Source: Klebsormidium nitens
Taxonomy: Eukaryota > Plantae > Klebsormidiophyceae
DNA length: 64,000 nucleotides
Direction of reading: 5' to 3'
Assembly (NCBI GenBank): GCA_000708835.1
Contig: DF236964.1
Location: forward strand, 186,001-250,000
Shown here: one piece after another, positions 11,481 through 24,633 of the stretch
How positions within the stretch are numbered: position 1 is the first letter of the stretch
How the letters are laid out: every line of letters begins with the position of its first letter
Notes under the pieces: generated by a model
Database searches by the model: none
What the model saw: the letters and a program-made list of their open reading frames with translations, nothing else
What the model was told of the DNA's origin: nothing
Made by a program: the position numbers and the translations under genes

Positions 11481-12488
11481 CTTGACGTTGATCATTCAAA
11501 AGGACGGTTCTAGTACTCTGGCTTTTGTCGTATTGTGGCAGAGGTTGCAATGACGACTTCGATGTGAATGCTTCGTAAGCTTTGCGCGAGACGGTCAGCA
11601 CAGGTCGAAATGGAATTCGCCAGTCATCGATCTGATTGTGATTGCCATCAGGCTGATCATTGCCCTTCGTTCAGACGTTTCAACAGTACTCGAACGAGAG
11701 GAAAACTTAAATTCGATAGAGTATATACAGCATAAGGTGCATGTCTTTGGCCCTCTCCTCTCCGGTTAGCGATCGGCTCAACGCATGCATGTTGTATAAG
11801 GTGCCAGGCAGTCAAAGTGCTTCTCTTAGTTGCTCGGCGATTGATTGTGCGACATCTCGCATGCCTGATCCGGGTCCACCGCCATGGCACTAGCTAGGCG
11901 CGGCTGAGCTATAACACTACTAGGGCCTGAATGTGCAAATTTATGCGCCACGTGTTTACAGACAGAATAGTTAATTGCAAGGCAGCCCCTTCAATCAGTC
12001 AAAAGCTCATGGCCCGAATATGATATATGATTGCAGATGCCAGTTAAGATGATGCGCACATGGCTGGCAGGATCAAATAGCTTGACGATTGAATGGATCA
12101 CAGCCCGAAATTACTTAACACACATGGTAGTGCTAGTTTGGCAACCGTGCAATGGCCGTCAGACCCACAGCACAATGCTTGAAGCAAACATTGGATCCCG
12201 GCTCAAGATAGGAATCGGCTTAGGGTCTTCGAGGCTTGATGCAGTCACTCCTTTAGGTCACCGGAACCCTGCCAGTCCAAGTTAGACCAAAGCCGCCCGG
12301 AGGGTACACAATGATGTAGTGTGACGCTTGAACAGTGTTGTCTTTATGTCAGCAGGGAAACTGTATGTCAGGCTCGGACCACCTTTCATCTAGAACTCTT
12401 GTACAAATTGGCGCTTTTCATGAGGGGAGCCTTATGCATTCCATCTATATGTACGGTGAACGAACATCTCTCTTTTATGGTTCGGTCC

Positions 12489-14239
12489 TCAGCTTGAGGA
12501 CTTCTTTCTCCACCACTCGACAAATTTGAGGTTTGCATCCATGTTATCGAACTTGTACGTCCCGTATGCCCAGGTCGCGCCTTCGTTGGTGACGAGCCAT
12601 CCTGTGAGAGCGCCAAGAACTCCCGCCAGTACGGCGCCGTGAGGACTTTTGGAGAATCTGCAAGATCGAGGAAGGTTGAACTCCGACTCGATCTCCCACA
12701 AAGTCGGACGGTTTTGGCAGTTGTTCTGAGAACTTGAAAGCGAAGGCTGTTGTTCGACTTGATACCTGTTCTATGACTGGACATGCAACATTGACCTTAT
12801 GACATTATACCTCGTAGACACTGGCCAAATGGTCGGCTTGACTGCTTATATATTCATTACTCGTGCCTCAGAGAAGCACATTTCCAGATCGCCGTCAAGC
12901 CACCCAGTCACTATGAATGCATCAAGCGTCGAAGCAATAAGCGATTGGCCTAAATCAAACAAGGAGTAAGAAGTAGACAGTACCAGGTTGCAAGAACAGC
13001 TGCATCGAAAAAGGGGGAAAAAGGTGGAAGTACAGAGGTCTACAGAAACCAATACAAATGACCGGCCACCATCAGGGGCTCAACGAATTAAAAAAAACAT
13101 GGTGATAGCATACAACATACCTCAATGCAACTCCTGCTGATCCAACCGCGCCGGCCACTGCACCGTAACCGCAGGCCTCCGAGTTCTTTCTCAGCGCCGC
13201 AACCTGGAACAGAACGAGCAGTTCAGTAATGATGCTCAGTAGCCAGTGCGCTCTTGAAAAAGAGGGCTGGCTGCTCTTCCCTTTTGCCCAAACGATTTGG
13301 AGCACCTCTCGAGAAAGAGGTGAGCGCTTCTGAAGCACTTCCCCTTTCATATCCCTTCCCTTGCTGCTGTGGTTTTTAAGTTAAACAAGATAATTGGGAC
13401 AGAAGGGGCAGCAAAGGCAACTATTTAACCAAGACCGGGGCAAAAGGCCAGAAGATCGAGGGGCTGTTCTTGTTCACAGAACTCACGACCACTGGAAAAG
13501 GATCTTTTGGACCACCGAAAAGATGCAATCTGATGCCAGTCTTATCTCCCAAAATGTGACCGACAGCAATATCCAGGGAGCACAGTGAGTTTTCTTCGCG
13601 ATAATTGCCTCTAGTGAGCTTAGCTGCATTGATAGCTGACGACGGGCGTCGGACAGGAAGAAGTCATACAAAAAGTGGAAGACAAAAGACAAATTTGGGC
13701 AAAGAAGATCCTTGTAATGCTGTTTTTGTGGATAGCATTACATCAGATTGCGCGTTTCAGAAAAGCGTTCCATGAAATTGGAAGCACCCTTAAAAACTGG
13801 TGGTACAACATCAAGACAGCAAATCCCTGAAACTTTTATTGACCAAATTCGAAAGTACCTGGTCAGCTTTATTTCTAAGAAAGAGGGGCGGTGCGGCTGC
13901 GCATCGATTTCTTAGTAACGCAGATCTCCAAGCGTTCCTTATTCCTAGGCTGCCAGCTCAACATTGAATTTCATAAATGCATCAATCTTTCCTGTTCAGA
14001 TGATGCAAGAATGAACAACCTTCAAATCATGGCTGACAAACACGCACCTGTGGCCCATACACCGGGTCTTCTTTCGCAAACGCCTCTATGTCCTTCGACG
14101 TCCATGCTGGCAAGGGTTTCTCGTCCTCCTTCATACTAGAATGCAACTTTACAACAGCGCCAAATTTCCGCCTCCATGCTTCCTTGTCGATTGCCCACCA
14201 CGGCAGCTCTTTCTTCTCTTCTTTACTTGCGTCGCTCAT
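12489..14239 (-). CDS. SDH6: Succinate dehydrogenase subunit 6 (plant-specific complex II subunit), 3 exons
   Basis: Phase-consistent exons 14239-14048, 13203-13121, 12657-12489 give ...PLPAWTSKDIEAFAKEDPVYGPQ...RFSKSPHGAVLAGVLGALTGW...YKFDNMDANLKFVEWWRKK. This matches the recalled angiosperm SDH6 pattern (PLPSWS..DVEEF..DP.HGP; SKSPHGA; KFMEWW). Confidence 0.85.
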
Positions 14240-15024
14240 TGTGGCTGCGATGAGATGCTATCTCTTTTGCAGCTATACGATAAGAGAATGCGTTACTTTG
14301 CAAGAGCTTTTTGTACTTTGTAGGTCGGGAGGGCAATCTTGCTGAAAGATTATCAATCAGATCAATGCAGGACTCAAACCACCTCCATCTGAGCAGCGCC
14401 AACAGGTAGAATTTACATGGATGGAAGTCGACTGTCTAAGGAGGAGAAAGTGAACATGCTCCAACGACCTGCATGCACAAAGTCTCCTTCAATTGCCTTC
14501 AAAGCTAGAGCCGAATCAAACCGTGTGCGCCACCTGAGCTCTCGAGTGTTCTGGTTCTGCCCTCTTCAACTTCAAGTTCAACATGGCACAGGCATTGGCA
14601 TTGAGCCCGAGCAGTGGAACTAATATTACGATTTAAAGCATAAATCTCGGAAGCTTTCATCGACTATAAGGCACTGTTGCGAGTCCCCGGTCGATATGCT
14701 GGGTCGATCTTGCTGCAGTCTGGAGATTCTTCACGGGTGAACGTTCATAAGCAGGCTTTCATATGTGCGACTTTGCCTTTCTCTCAGATTAAGTATATAT
14801 TAGATCCCAGACAACACACATGGAGGGGAAGACCTGGGAAGACCAGTGATTTTGATCGAATGCGCTATGCACCTGGGTGTGCACGCGTTCATTAATACGA
14901 AGTGACCATCGAAAGGGTTTGCCAGCGGAAACAAGTGGAAACGCACTGGAAGCGGCATTGGGAGAGAAGGTGCCGCCTTCAGCCTCAGGAGCAGGCTTGG
15001 GCTGCATTCCACTGTGTTTTCACC

Positions 15025-18000
15025 ATGTGGATTCTCAAAGCAAGCAGAATCCGTGGCGTCGGGCTGAGCTGGCTGCCATCTGTTCCACTTTTGTCTGATG
15101 TGCTAGCTGGTGGTTCACAACCTGGGGTGCCTGATCGGCTTTTCTCCAATGGGAAGGCATCCATTAGCAGGTGAGGGTGTATGGACAGTCTAGTTGATTG
15201 CCCTGGCTTTTCACCCAGGACTAACGAGTTTCTTCCCCAAAGCTTGTGATTCAGTATCCTCCTCAGGTTTCGCACACCATCGTTATCACTGCGTCAAGGC
15301 GCAAGAGTGTTCTTCAAAGTTGCACTGAAGTAGTCAAAGTACCCTGAGCTCGCTGCAGTAGACGCTCGTCGAAACTCCTTGGAATTCTCCAACTGATCTT
15401 CTCTGTTCGTTATGCTCAGAAAAAACTAATCGCGCCATTCTAAGATTGAGTGCATAACTTTAAAGACAGATAAAAATTGTCAGCCAGTCTGGAGGTCGAG
15501 TGAAGGTTGTCTTTTTACCAAGTACAAGTTCTCTCTGCTGTTATGCATAAGTATGTTTGATGTCAGTGGTGGTAGTAAGAAGGAAACCGCTCCCACACGG
15601 TGTACGCGTGGGGAGGCTTCTCGATGCTCTTCTTGTTTGATGGGAGCCATGTCACTCAGCAACTGCCTTTGCTTGTATCTCGTGCTTACAGTACTGGACT
15701 TTCTGATGCACTTTTTGTCAGGTCTTTGCATTTGGTTGAATGGTGGTGTCATGTTTTGGCTCGTTTTCTAGGAGGCTGCCCGCGCCTCAACCGCTGAAGG
15801 TCCTTCAAGTGACAAACTATGTCAGTCTATGATTTCTGTGGTTTGCCAAGCAGCAAGAAACTGTACTCAATGATTACTCAGCAACATTTGCCTTGTTGCA
15901 GGTTGTGCACACCTATCAGTCACAGGAGCACCAGCTTCTGGCCAAATTTGACATGGTGTTGCATTCCTTTGCAGTGCCTCAGCTGCATCCAGCCAGACCG
16001 CTGCCATCAAGCAGCTGCGGGAGCGAACGGGTGCGCCCATGCTGGACGTGAAGAAGGTGCTTGCGCAGTGTGCTTGGGATCAAGGTGTGCGTCGTGGCCT
16101 GCATCATTGACTTGGTGATCGAAGCAGGCATGATTGAAAAACAGGTTTTTGAAACACTCAATCTTTTTGACTCTGCTTCCTTGTTCTCTGCTTGCCCTTG
16201 CTCACTGATTACAGCCCCGTTGCATGAACTCACCTTATCTGGTTCCCCTCCTACAATTACATGTGTGCTCCTACAATGAAGATTGTGAAGATTGTTGCTC
16301 ACTGATTCCCCCTAACATGCCGGACTGGTCTCTCACACTTTCTTCTGATCTGCAGATGCCGCCTTCACCGAGCTTCGCAAGAAGGGCCTAGCAGCTGCCA
16401 GCAGAAAGACGTCCCGAACTGCCGCCGAGGGTCTGGTTGGCGTCTCACACGACGCCCACTCAGCAGTGGTCGTCGAGCTGAACAGCGAGACCGACTTTGT
16501 GGCCCGCAACCCGAAGTTCCAGGCCTTGGTGCAATCGATCGCAGAGGCAGCCAAAACGGCGGGAACGAGTGAGGAAGGAGCTGGCGGGGCGGCGAGCGGT
16601 GTTGTTTCTGATTTGGAGGTGGGTGGTTTGTGCGTCCTGTCGAAGTTGCTGATTGAAGGTGGACTCTTGAGGTTATTTTGGGTTGGGAACGTGCTGCCTG
16701 ACACCATAGTTGAACAACTGATCGACAGGCAGGCCCTTTGTCTGGGCCCCTCTCGTTTAAGTTAGACAAGACCAATTCAAATGCTGGGATTTCAACGGGC
16801 GCCCATTCTGTAAAGTGTTATGAAAAGTCAGTAACGGCCAGATTGAACCACTCTTATGCGGCACAAGAGTGGTTCCATATACGCACCAAGCAGTGTTAGA
16901 TTGAATTGCAGGGTCAACATTGAAAGAGAAGGGCGTGGTTCAGGTGGTTCGAAGGACGGGGCTTGGGTTTGCCGATTGCCTAAGAAGACGTACCTGTAAA
17001 TCTTGTGGTGTCCCGCCAGCTGCACTTTCGTTGGCCCGAACTTTTGCACTACCTAGCCACTTATTGCTGAGACACGAAGCAGCGAAGTCTCTCGCTTTTC
17101 CCACTTTTTGCACTCGTTGGCTGCTGATCGCGGCACAGTTGGTCAAGTTTGAGCATCAACTGTCTCCCCAGGCAAGCTAGACGCTCGAAAGGCTGGTTGA
17201 AGCAAAAGCGTTGGTCCATGTGTGTGGTCGCCTGTTCTCTTTCCTGAAGCACTCAAGCCAAGCTGGACGTTGGACACGCTGGTGATACGAACACATTCGT
17301 CTCATCCGACTTTGGACTTTCCTTTAAGCCCGTGCGTATCAAAGGCATGGGCCGAAGTGTGGGTACAGAGAAGTGCGCACATACATGTTCTTACAACACT
17401 TCTCTCGACAATTTCGAATCTAGCAACCGATACGAGACTCCATGTGCACTTTCGACCACGAAACTGCCAACATTCGATTTTCATCTTAAGATGAGGACTA
17501 CATGGTAGGGCGCTTCTGAAGCTTGTGCGTCATTTTTAACGTTTCTGTTTCTAATTGCAGTCAAGTAAGCTAGATGCTCCACCAGCGGGCCTCACTGCTG
17601 CAACAGTCGGCGATGCTGTCAAGGAGCTAGCTGCGACGGTGGGGGAAAACGTGCGGCTTCGACGAGCCTTCCGGCTAGAGTCCCCGTCCGGCATAGTTGC
17701 CTCGTACCTGCATACCAGCCCACAACCAGGTACGATCTTGGAGGTTTGGTGTTTGGTGTTCGCTGTTTGGTGTTCTGTGTTTCGGTGGTCGGTGGTCGAT
17801 GGTCGATGGTCGATGGTCGATGTTTGATTTGTATCGCTTCGGGTTTGTGGTTCGTGGTGTTCGAGTTGTCGATTTAGTTTCAATAAGATCTGCAGTTCGT
17901 CGAGCGCACCTTTGTTCAAGGGGAACCGTCCGCTTCTTCAGTCTGCTTGCTTGATCTGTCTGACCGGCTGCCTTAGCAGCATCTGATGTTCTTCGATTCC

Positions 18001-21000
18001 CGGACATATGTGTTGTCCGTCCCAAATTCGGACCGCATGTGACGCTGCCAACGCTTGCTATCCAGTTTGGCCGCACTGCACCGATCGGAGTTCGTAGGCA
18101 GAGCGAGGAGGAAAAAGTGCTCCAATCAACGCATGTGCCTCTGAGAATCTTCCATGTCCCCCGTGGATGATAGTTCTACCCCGCCTTCTGTCAGCTAGCA
18201 ATGATTGATGGTGATTTGGATTCCTTCTCCTTTTTGCTCAAGCGCAGCCAGTGAAGACAAAGCAGTCCGTATGTCACGGATGTCCTGAACCCTTTGTTTC
18301 TGATGGTCTCGCGCCTTGTGTTCCTCATTATGGACGACGATTCGCGCTCCTCTCGTCGGTTGTAATCTAAAACCCGTGACCTTCTGCACTTGTTTTTCAT
18401 ACCCGTTTCGTCTCAGTGGCTCTCTATGTCTGCTGATCTCAGACCTAGACCCTTTTCTAAAAGCACTACCTTTGCTGCTTTAGCACAGCGTGCCTCACCA
18501 GTGCAGGAGGCTTCGATTTGTTCTTCTTTAGGGACTTAGCAAGAGTGTTTTTAGGGGGTTTAGGGGTTCAGGTTTAGGGTTTAAGGGTTCTAGAGCTGGC
18601 ATCGGTGATGAGATAGTTATCCTTGCGCTTCGACTGGGGCTTCGGCCTCCATGAAGACAAGACATAACACCAGACTGCTAATCCTGGTCCTGAGATGCCC
18701 CAGGTTCCGTCCTCGTGAGACTCGAGGAGGTTGTTCAGCGCTCCATTTCTGTAGATTGTCGTCGGGCATAATCAAAAGGGGGAAAGGAAATGAGCATTGC
18801 AATAGAAACAAGAACCCGGTATCAAGGTGCCGACAAAAACACGTGTCATTGAACCAGCAAGCTTGCTCTTGTCGTAGACACTTCATTTTGGAGTTGCACA
18901 ATATTGTCTCCCCAGCATTCCCGGGTTGTATTATGAAGATACCTGGGCTTAGTAGCTACGGGAGCTCTTGCAAAAGAACCGCCAGGGCCGGATCAGCGTC
19001 GGCATCGTTCTACCTCTCATACTTATATCTAAGCTGTCTGTGTTCCATTCAGCGTTGGGTTCGGGACTGCTTGCGAGGCCGCTCTAGTGAGTGAGTCTCC
19101 CCTGGTCAACTTCTGCTGTTTACGGCGATAAAGACATGATCTACTATGGCCAACTTGGAGTGGACTGGTCAAGGATCGGCGACTGGTGATGCCAGCAGAC
19201 AATCGTTCTTTTTTGCAATAGTTTGCTATACCTGAGAGCCCCGTCTATATGAAGCAGCTTCTCTGCTTCTTGGCAGTGATCGATTTCAGCAACCTGACCA
19301 ACTCAAATCGTCTGGTCAACCGCGCGCATATAAGATGCCAGCTATTTCAGTCCTGCCCTTAGTCGTTTCCACCATCTCGTGCCTCTTGTCTCCGTAACTT
19401 CTCAAGGAAAGTGTCGAGACTGTGCCTTGCTTGGGTCATTCAACTTGGCACAGCAGGTTCGCTATTACTCCTCGTCAGTGTGTCCTACTCTAGTACGATA
19501 AATCACGTTCGGAAGGGACGTTAGGTTCTCGGAACGTCCTTGCTCGCTCTGCCGTCGCTGCCATCTCGTTGGGAAGCGGACTCCCACTCCTTGTCAGTAC
19601 ATCCTACTCCAGTATGAGAATGCACGAGAAGGGACGTTCGCATTTCCGACTGGCCTTGCTTGCTTTGCCATCGCCTCCCCTTTTGTCAAGAAGCCGACTC
19701 CCCGGCTCAACAGTTCTTTGTTGTCGGTCTTGTCGGCCAGCTGGTTTTCGTGTGCAGCGAGACTGAAGGGTTTGGAATTTTCAAAGGCCTCCGATACGAA
19801 TCTTAGCCCAGTGCCCGCTTCTGTTGGGCAATAATCAGTACCGAGGATCTCAGACCGTCTAGCTTGTTCGTTTGTGCATAACAATGAATGCGTCACCCTT
19901 CAACTAGCAATCACGTTCTGGTCGTGATCTATCAGGGGACGGCGTTTGCGCATGCGGTTTTAGACATTGACTCTGCTCCAGCTTTCTGTCGTGCTCGGCT
20001 TCTTTGGTGCATGCTGGTTGGTCGTCGGCTAACTTTTCTCGATTCTTGGAATCCAAAAAAGTTACCGTCTTCTCTGACGCAAGAGCCCAAATTCTAAGTG
20101 CTGCCGGCAATGATGACCCAAGCCAAGACGAGGCCCACGCGGTTTGTTACTGCGGCCATTGTTTGGGGATTTTTTTCTGGTCCGATGCCGGCAGCTAGAG
20201 GCTAAGAAATGCATTTCCTGGGGTCCTTTCACTGTGACCCGCGAGAAACACATGTCAATCTACAGTTACTAGTGCCTGTTGCAATAGGTCCCGTTGCTAG
20301 TGGTCAAAGGCGTGATCAACTCTTCGGTGTGGTATTTTTTGAAAACTTTGCTTGCACGGCCAGGGAGATCTGACGCTGCTCCCAAATGCAACCGAACATT
20401 ATGGCCGCATGGCGTCGTCTTGAATGAGATGAACGATGCTTCAAAGAGTTTTGGTGCCCCAATCTTTGCTAGCTGCTCCAACAGGTGCTGGTGTCCCAAA
20501 CTTGTCGCGGGAGCCCAGATTCCTGGTCTCTTAAATCCTGTTGCTGAAGACCCAAGCTCCGGTCTTCCGCCGAAAGCACGCCTTTCGCTGACGTCGTCAC
20601 AACTTCGTTCGCAGGTCTTGTCGAAGAGCCGTGTGTAAACCGGGAGGTTCTGGCTAAGTCCGTACTTTCCGCTTTCCTGACTATCTCCGTTGAGGTCTAG
20701 CTCCGAACCTCTGCCACGAAAGGCATTTGCCGACCTTTCCGTATTTTGCTTCTCGGGTCTCGGCGGCATAAGCTAGCTCTCGTCGCCCTCCACACCTCCG
20801 AACCCCCGCCTTTAGTTCCTTGAAGTCGTCGCTCAAATCTTACTTTCAGGTGTTTTGAAGTCTTCGCCACAGATCTTCATCCGGAGATGCTGCAAAACAG
20901 CGTTCACGGCTGACCTCTTTCTTCCCCCGTTCTCAGGTCTCGGCCGAATAACAGCCCTCGTCGCCCCCCATACGTTCGAAACCCCAGCTTCTAGTTCCCC

Positions 21001-22912
21001 GAAGTCGTCGTCTTGAGTCCTATCTTTCGCTTTCTCAAAAGCTGTACCAGGGTCGTCAACCGGAGTCCCTCGAAAACCGCGTTCACCGCTGACGTCTTAC
21101 CTACCCCGATTCTCAGGTCTTGGCCGGATAGCAGCCCTCGTCGCCCTCCACAACTCCGAACCCCCGCCTCTAGTTCCCCAAAGTCGTCGCTTAAACCATA
21201 CGTTCAGGTGTTTGGAAGTCTGCGCCAAAGATCTTCAATCGGAGTTGCTTCAAAACCGCTTTCACTGCTAACGTCTTTTCTCCCCCTGTTCTCAGGTCTT
21301 GGCCGAAGAGCAGCCCTCGTCGCCCTCGACACCCCCGAACCTCCCGCCTCTAGTTCCTTGGATTTGTTGCTTGAGTCGTATATTCCAACTTCTTGAGGTC
21401 TTCGCTGAGGCCTTAACTCTGTGCTTCCACAACCGCGCGCCTACCACTGACGTTTCCCTTGTTCCGTTGGCAGGTCTCGGCCAGATAGCAGCAAGTGAAA
21501 CGGGAATTCTGCGGTGCGGCACTTAGTTCCGGTTCTTTCAAAACCTTCGCCGAGGATTTAGCTCCACACATCTACGAAAAGTTCTTCAATTGCTGACTTT
21601 CTCCAACCTTTGTTCCCAGGTCTCGGCCGGATAGCAGCCCTCGTCGCCCTCCACACCTCCGAACCCCCCGCCTCTAGTTCCGCCCTCCAAGACCTCGGCT
21701 CCAAGCTGGCCATGCACATCGTAGCTGCGCGCCCGGTCGCCGTAACGCGAGAGGGCGTCCCCGAGGAAGCATTACAGCGCGAGCGGGAGATCTTGCGGGC
21801 GCAAGCACAGCAGTCCGGGAAGCCCGAGTCGGTGGTTGCCAAGATGATCGAGGGCCGGTTACGGAAATTCTACGAGGACGTGAGTGGCGGTCGCTTTTTC
21901 TGGTGCCCTTTCTAGTTCCTCCTGGATTGCTCTAAGTCTCTCTCGAAAACCGTGCTGCTTCATTGCGTCCCTTCTTGTTGAATCATCTAGTTTCTGGAGT
22001 TGTTGGGGCCTGCTCTGCCCGAAATCTATGCTCTTCTTGCTTGAAACGGGTAACAAACTAATCTACATTTCGTCAACCGCGTAACTGATGACTTCACGGC
22101 TCACGCCCAAACGAGCAATTTTCGATACAAAATCAAGGCCGGAAGTCAGAACTTACTCAGCAGATTGGTCCGTGGGACTTTTGGTCATGAGCGCTGTGAA
22201 ATACACGTACCGGGCACGCTGATGTCGTCCAATCGCAGAGGTGTGTGGTGCTGCATTATAACCTTGTTACGCGCGCGCGCGTCAATTGCGCATCCTCGCG
22301 CTGAGCCGACTTCGTCCTCCTTGTCGTTGGCTGTTGGCTGCGCTCTGCATGTTGGTGTTGCGATGAAGATTCTTGTTGATTTTCAAAGACCTTTGGATTT
22401 TGGGTCAGTCGGGGACCGAACTGGGACTTGACTTCGGATGGCCTTACCAAGGGTTGCGGGTGGGTAAGAACCCAACTTAGGATTGAGCATGTCGCTTTTC
22501 AGAAAAGCATCTGTTTTGGGTCCGAGCGTGACCAACGTCTGACCCAACTATTAAAACCAAGGTCAGGTGCGCGCCGGCGATTCCTTACCCTCACTCTTTT
22601 GCATCAGCGCCGATTCTTGCGTCACCTTTCAGCCTTTCAGTCGACCCTTATTACAATCCTGAGACGGCCAATCTGATTACAACATGATTCCTCAGCACGT
22701 GCCTCGCTCATCTGCAGGTCGTACTGCTCGATCAAAAGCTAGTCATGGATGAGAGTAAAAAGGTCAGCAAGTTGCTTGAGGAGGCCAGTAGAGAAGCGGG
22801 GTCGCAGATTACGGTCACAGGGTTCGTGCGGGTTCAAGTAGGAGAGGGGATTGAGAAAGAGGAGAAAGACTTTGCGAAAGAGGTTGCGGCGCAAGCGAGC
22901 AAGAGCGCATGA
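15025..22912 (+). CDS. tsf: Mitochondrial translation elongation factor Ts, 6 exons
   Basis: Phase-consistent exons 15025-15170 (presequence-like, least certain), 15975-16084 ([17 protein letters not shown]), 16356-16618 ([23 protein letters not shown]), 17561-17729 ([11 protein letters not shown]), 21620-21879 ([20 protein letters not shown]), 22718-22912 ([18 protein letters not shown]). Confidence 0.93.
17745..17830. repeat. Intronic microsatellite (GATGGTC)n with (TTTGGTG)-like units
   Basis: ggtggtcgatggtcgatggtcgatggtcgatg, preceded by ggtttggtgtttggtgtt. Confidence 0.8.
18548..18595. repeat. Interstitial telomere-like tract in EF-Ts intron 4
   Basis: tttttagggggtttaggggttcaggtttagggtttaagggttctag. 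Confidence 0.6.
20575..21500 (+). repeat. 5-6 degenerate ~180 bp copies of the acceptor plus 5' end of EF-Ts exon 5
   Basis: (c/g)ag|gtctcggccggatagcagccctcgtcgccctccacacctccgaacccccgcctctagttcc variants start near 20757, 20936, 21116, 21296 and 21473 (partial). The live exon starts at 21620. Confidence 0.92.
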
Positions 22913-24633
22913 TTAAGGTTTACCAAAGAAGACACTATTACTGGGACTGTTGAGCCTGCTGCGAAACATTGATGTGCTGAATGAGTGACTACGGAACTCG
23001 AGGACCGTTTAAGCAACTCCGACTCGACCATCTTTTGCTTCTTACTGAGCTTAAATAATTGTATGCATTGATGGGTTATGTGATGTATACTAACCAACTA
23101 TGACCCTTTTCTTTCAATCTGAAGTGGCCGTTCGGTCACGCCCATGGGCCCGCGAGCATATACCAAAGGCATGGGGAGCCGTGCAGGGTGATGAGCCATG
23201 GCAATCCTATCAATCAAAAGCCTTCCACACATCGAATACATGCATGCGTTGGCAGTATGATCCAATTAGCTGTAGCTATCGCTTTGCAGTTGCTTACGTA
23301 TTGACTTGATTCTTGTGGCCAGCTCCTACCGCTATTACACCTTTATTTAGCGGGAGCGCCCCCCTGTTCGCCTTTTTGGGGACCCCGGATGGAGTTCCAT
23401 CGTGACGTGCCCGAGCTGTCCGCCGGACCGGTACGGTAAGTTTGCCGGGGATTTTGCGACCCCACGCCGACGGCCAAGTCGCCGACGGCCAAGTCGCCGA
23501 CTCACGACTCAGGAGTCAGGCCCCGGCCGGGCCCGAGGACGAGGCAATTAAGATCGTGAGTGGACGGTTCGGATCAGTCGACTGCACAAGTACGGGGCAT
23601 TGGACGGCTGCGATCAGTTGCGTGCTCAGGTCGTCGGAAGTCTCGAGCGTGTCGGAAATTGTCACATCAAGAGTCGTCCTCGGGAGATCGAGAACGCCAC
23701 TTGATGTCTCCCGGGAGGAGAGCCGCCGGTAGAACGGTTGCGCCCTTTTGAGACCGAAACGGGTATAGCGGTTTAGCGACCATTTCAATTCTCGGCCCGG
23801 AAGCTCGATCCGACCGGCGCGCCAGGTGGTGGGATTAGTTGACAACAAGCAGTAATCAGTGATCACTACGGTAGCTGCAAATTGCCATCAGGATTCAAGT
23901 TCAACGAATCTGGTAAGGTCCAAGTCCATGCACCTTGCATGACCTTGCATTCGATGAGCGGGGACTGCGCACCATAGTAAAGCAGCAGGTTAGTACCGGT
24001 ATTGAAGTAGGTACTACAGGAGGTACTAGGTACCTCGTGAAGACTGTTCAAAATGCCAATTGGCAAATGTGGCCTTGCACTCACTTAGTCACTGCCCCTG
24101 TTCACTTCTTTCCATTTCAAGAGAACTTCGAACGATTGACCTGCCGAAGTGGACCCTTTGAGGCTTCTGAGAGTGGCCGTTGCGGCCCTTGCTACACTGA
24201 TCATTCAGGGGGTTTGTAAGGGTGCGCCGAAATAGCTGAACCTCTGATCACGACCCTGAAATCACACTTCCAATTGAGCATTGTATGTTAGAACGCCAGT
24301 ACTTCTGATTCGTGCGCAGCTGCCCGCATTACCAGTATTGTCTTATACGCTGATCAGGTTGGGGGCTCAAGTGGGAGCTCACTGCATGCTGCTTGTGATC
24401 TTCTGGAGGATGCTCATCTTTTCACAGCGATCCAGTAGAAAGGGTCAGTCGCACTTAGGATCAAGTCCCTAGAGCTGGCACCCACAAGAAAGGGGATACA
24501 AAACCAACACAGAAAGTAGGAGTGCGCTCCGCAATTTCTCAAACCGCCGCTGTCAGACTCAATTGTATCCACAAAGACACCTATAGAAGGAACAAGAACG
24601 CCGCCAGGGAATACTTAACCGTCGCAGAATCCA

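Noticed and set aside
17830-20570. Possible nested gene or transposon in the 3.9 kb EF-Ts intron (e.g. ORFs 18651-19094, 20269-20769)
   Set aside because: No recognisable domain, TIR/LTR pair or consistent splice model. The 20269-20769 ORF partly overlaps decayed echo units.
23330-24100. GC-rich stretch with a 15 bp tandem (gacggccaagtcgcc x2) and short ORFs
   Set aside because: No terminal repeats, RNA fold or protein motif I can support. Treated as intergenic.
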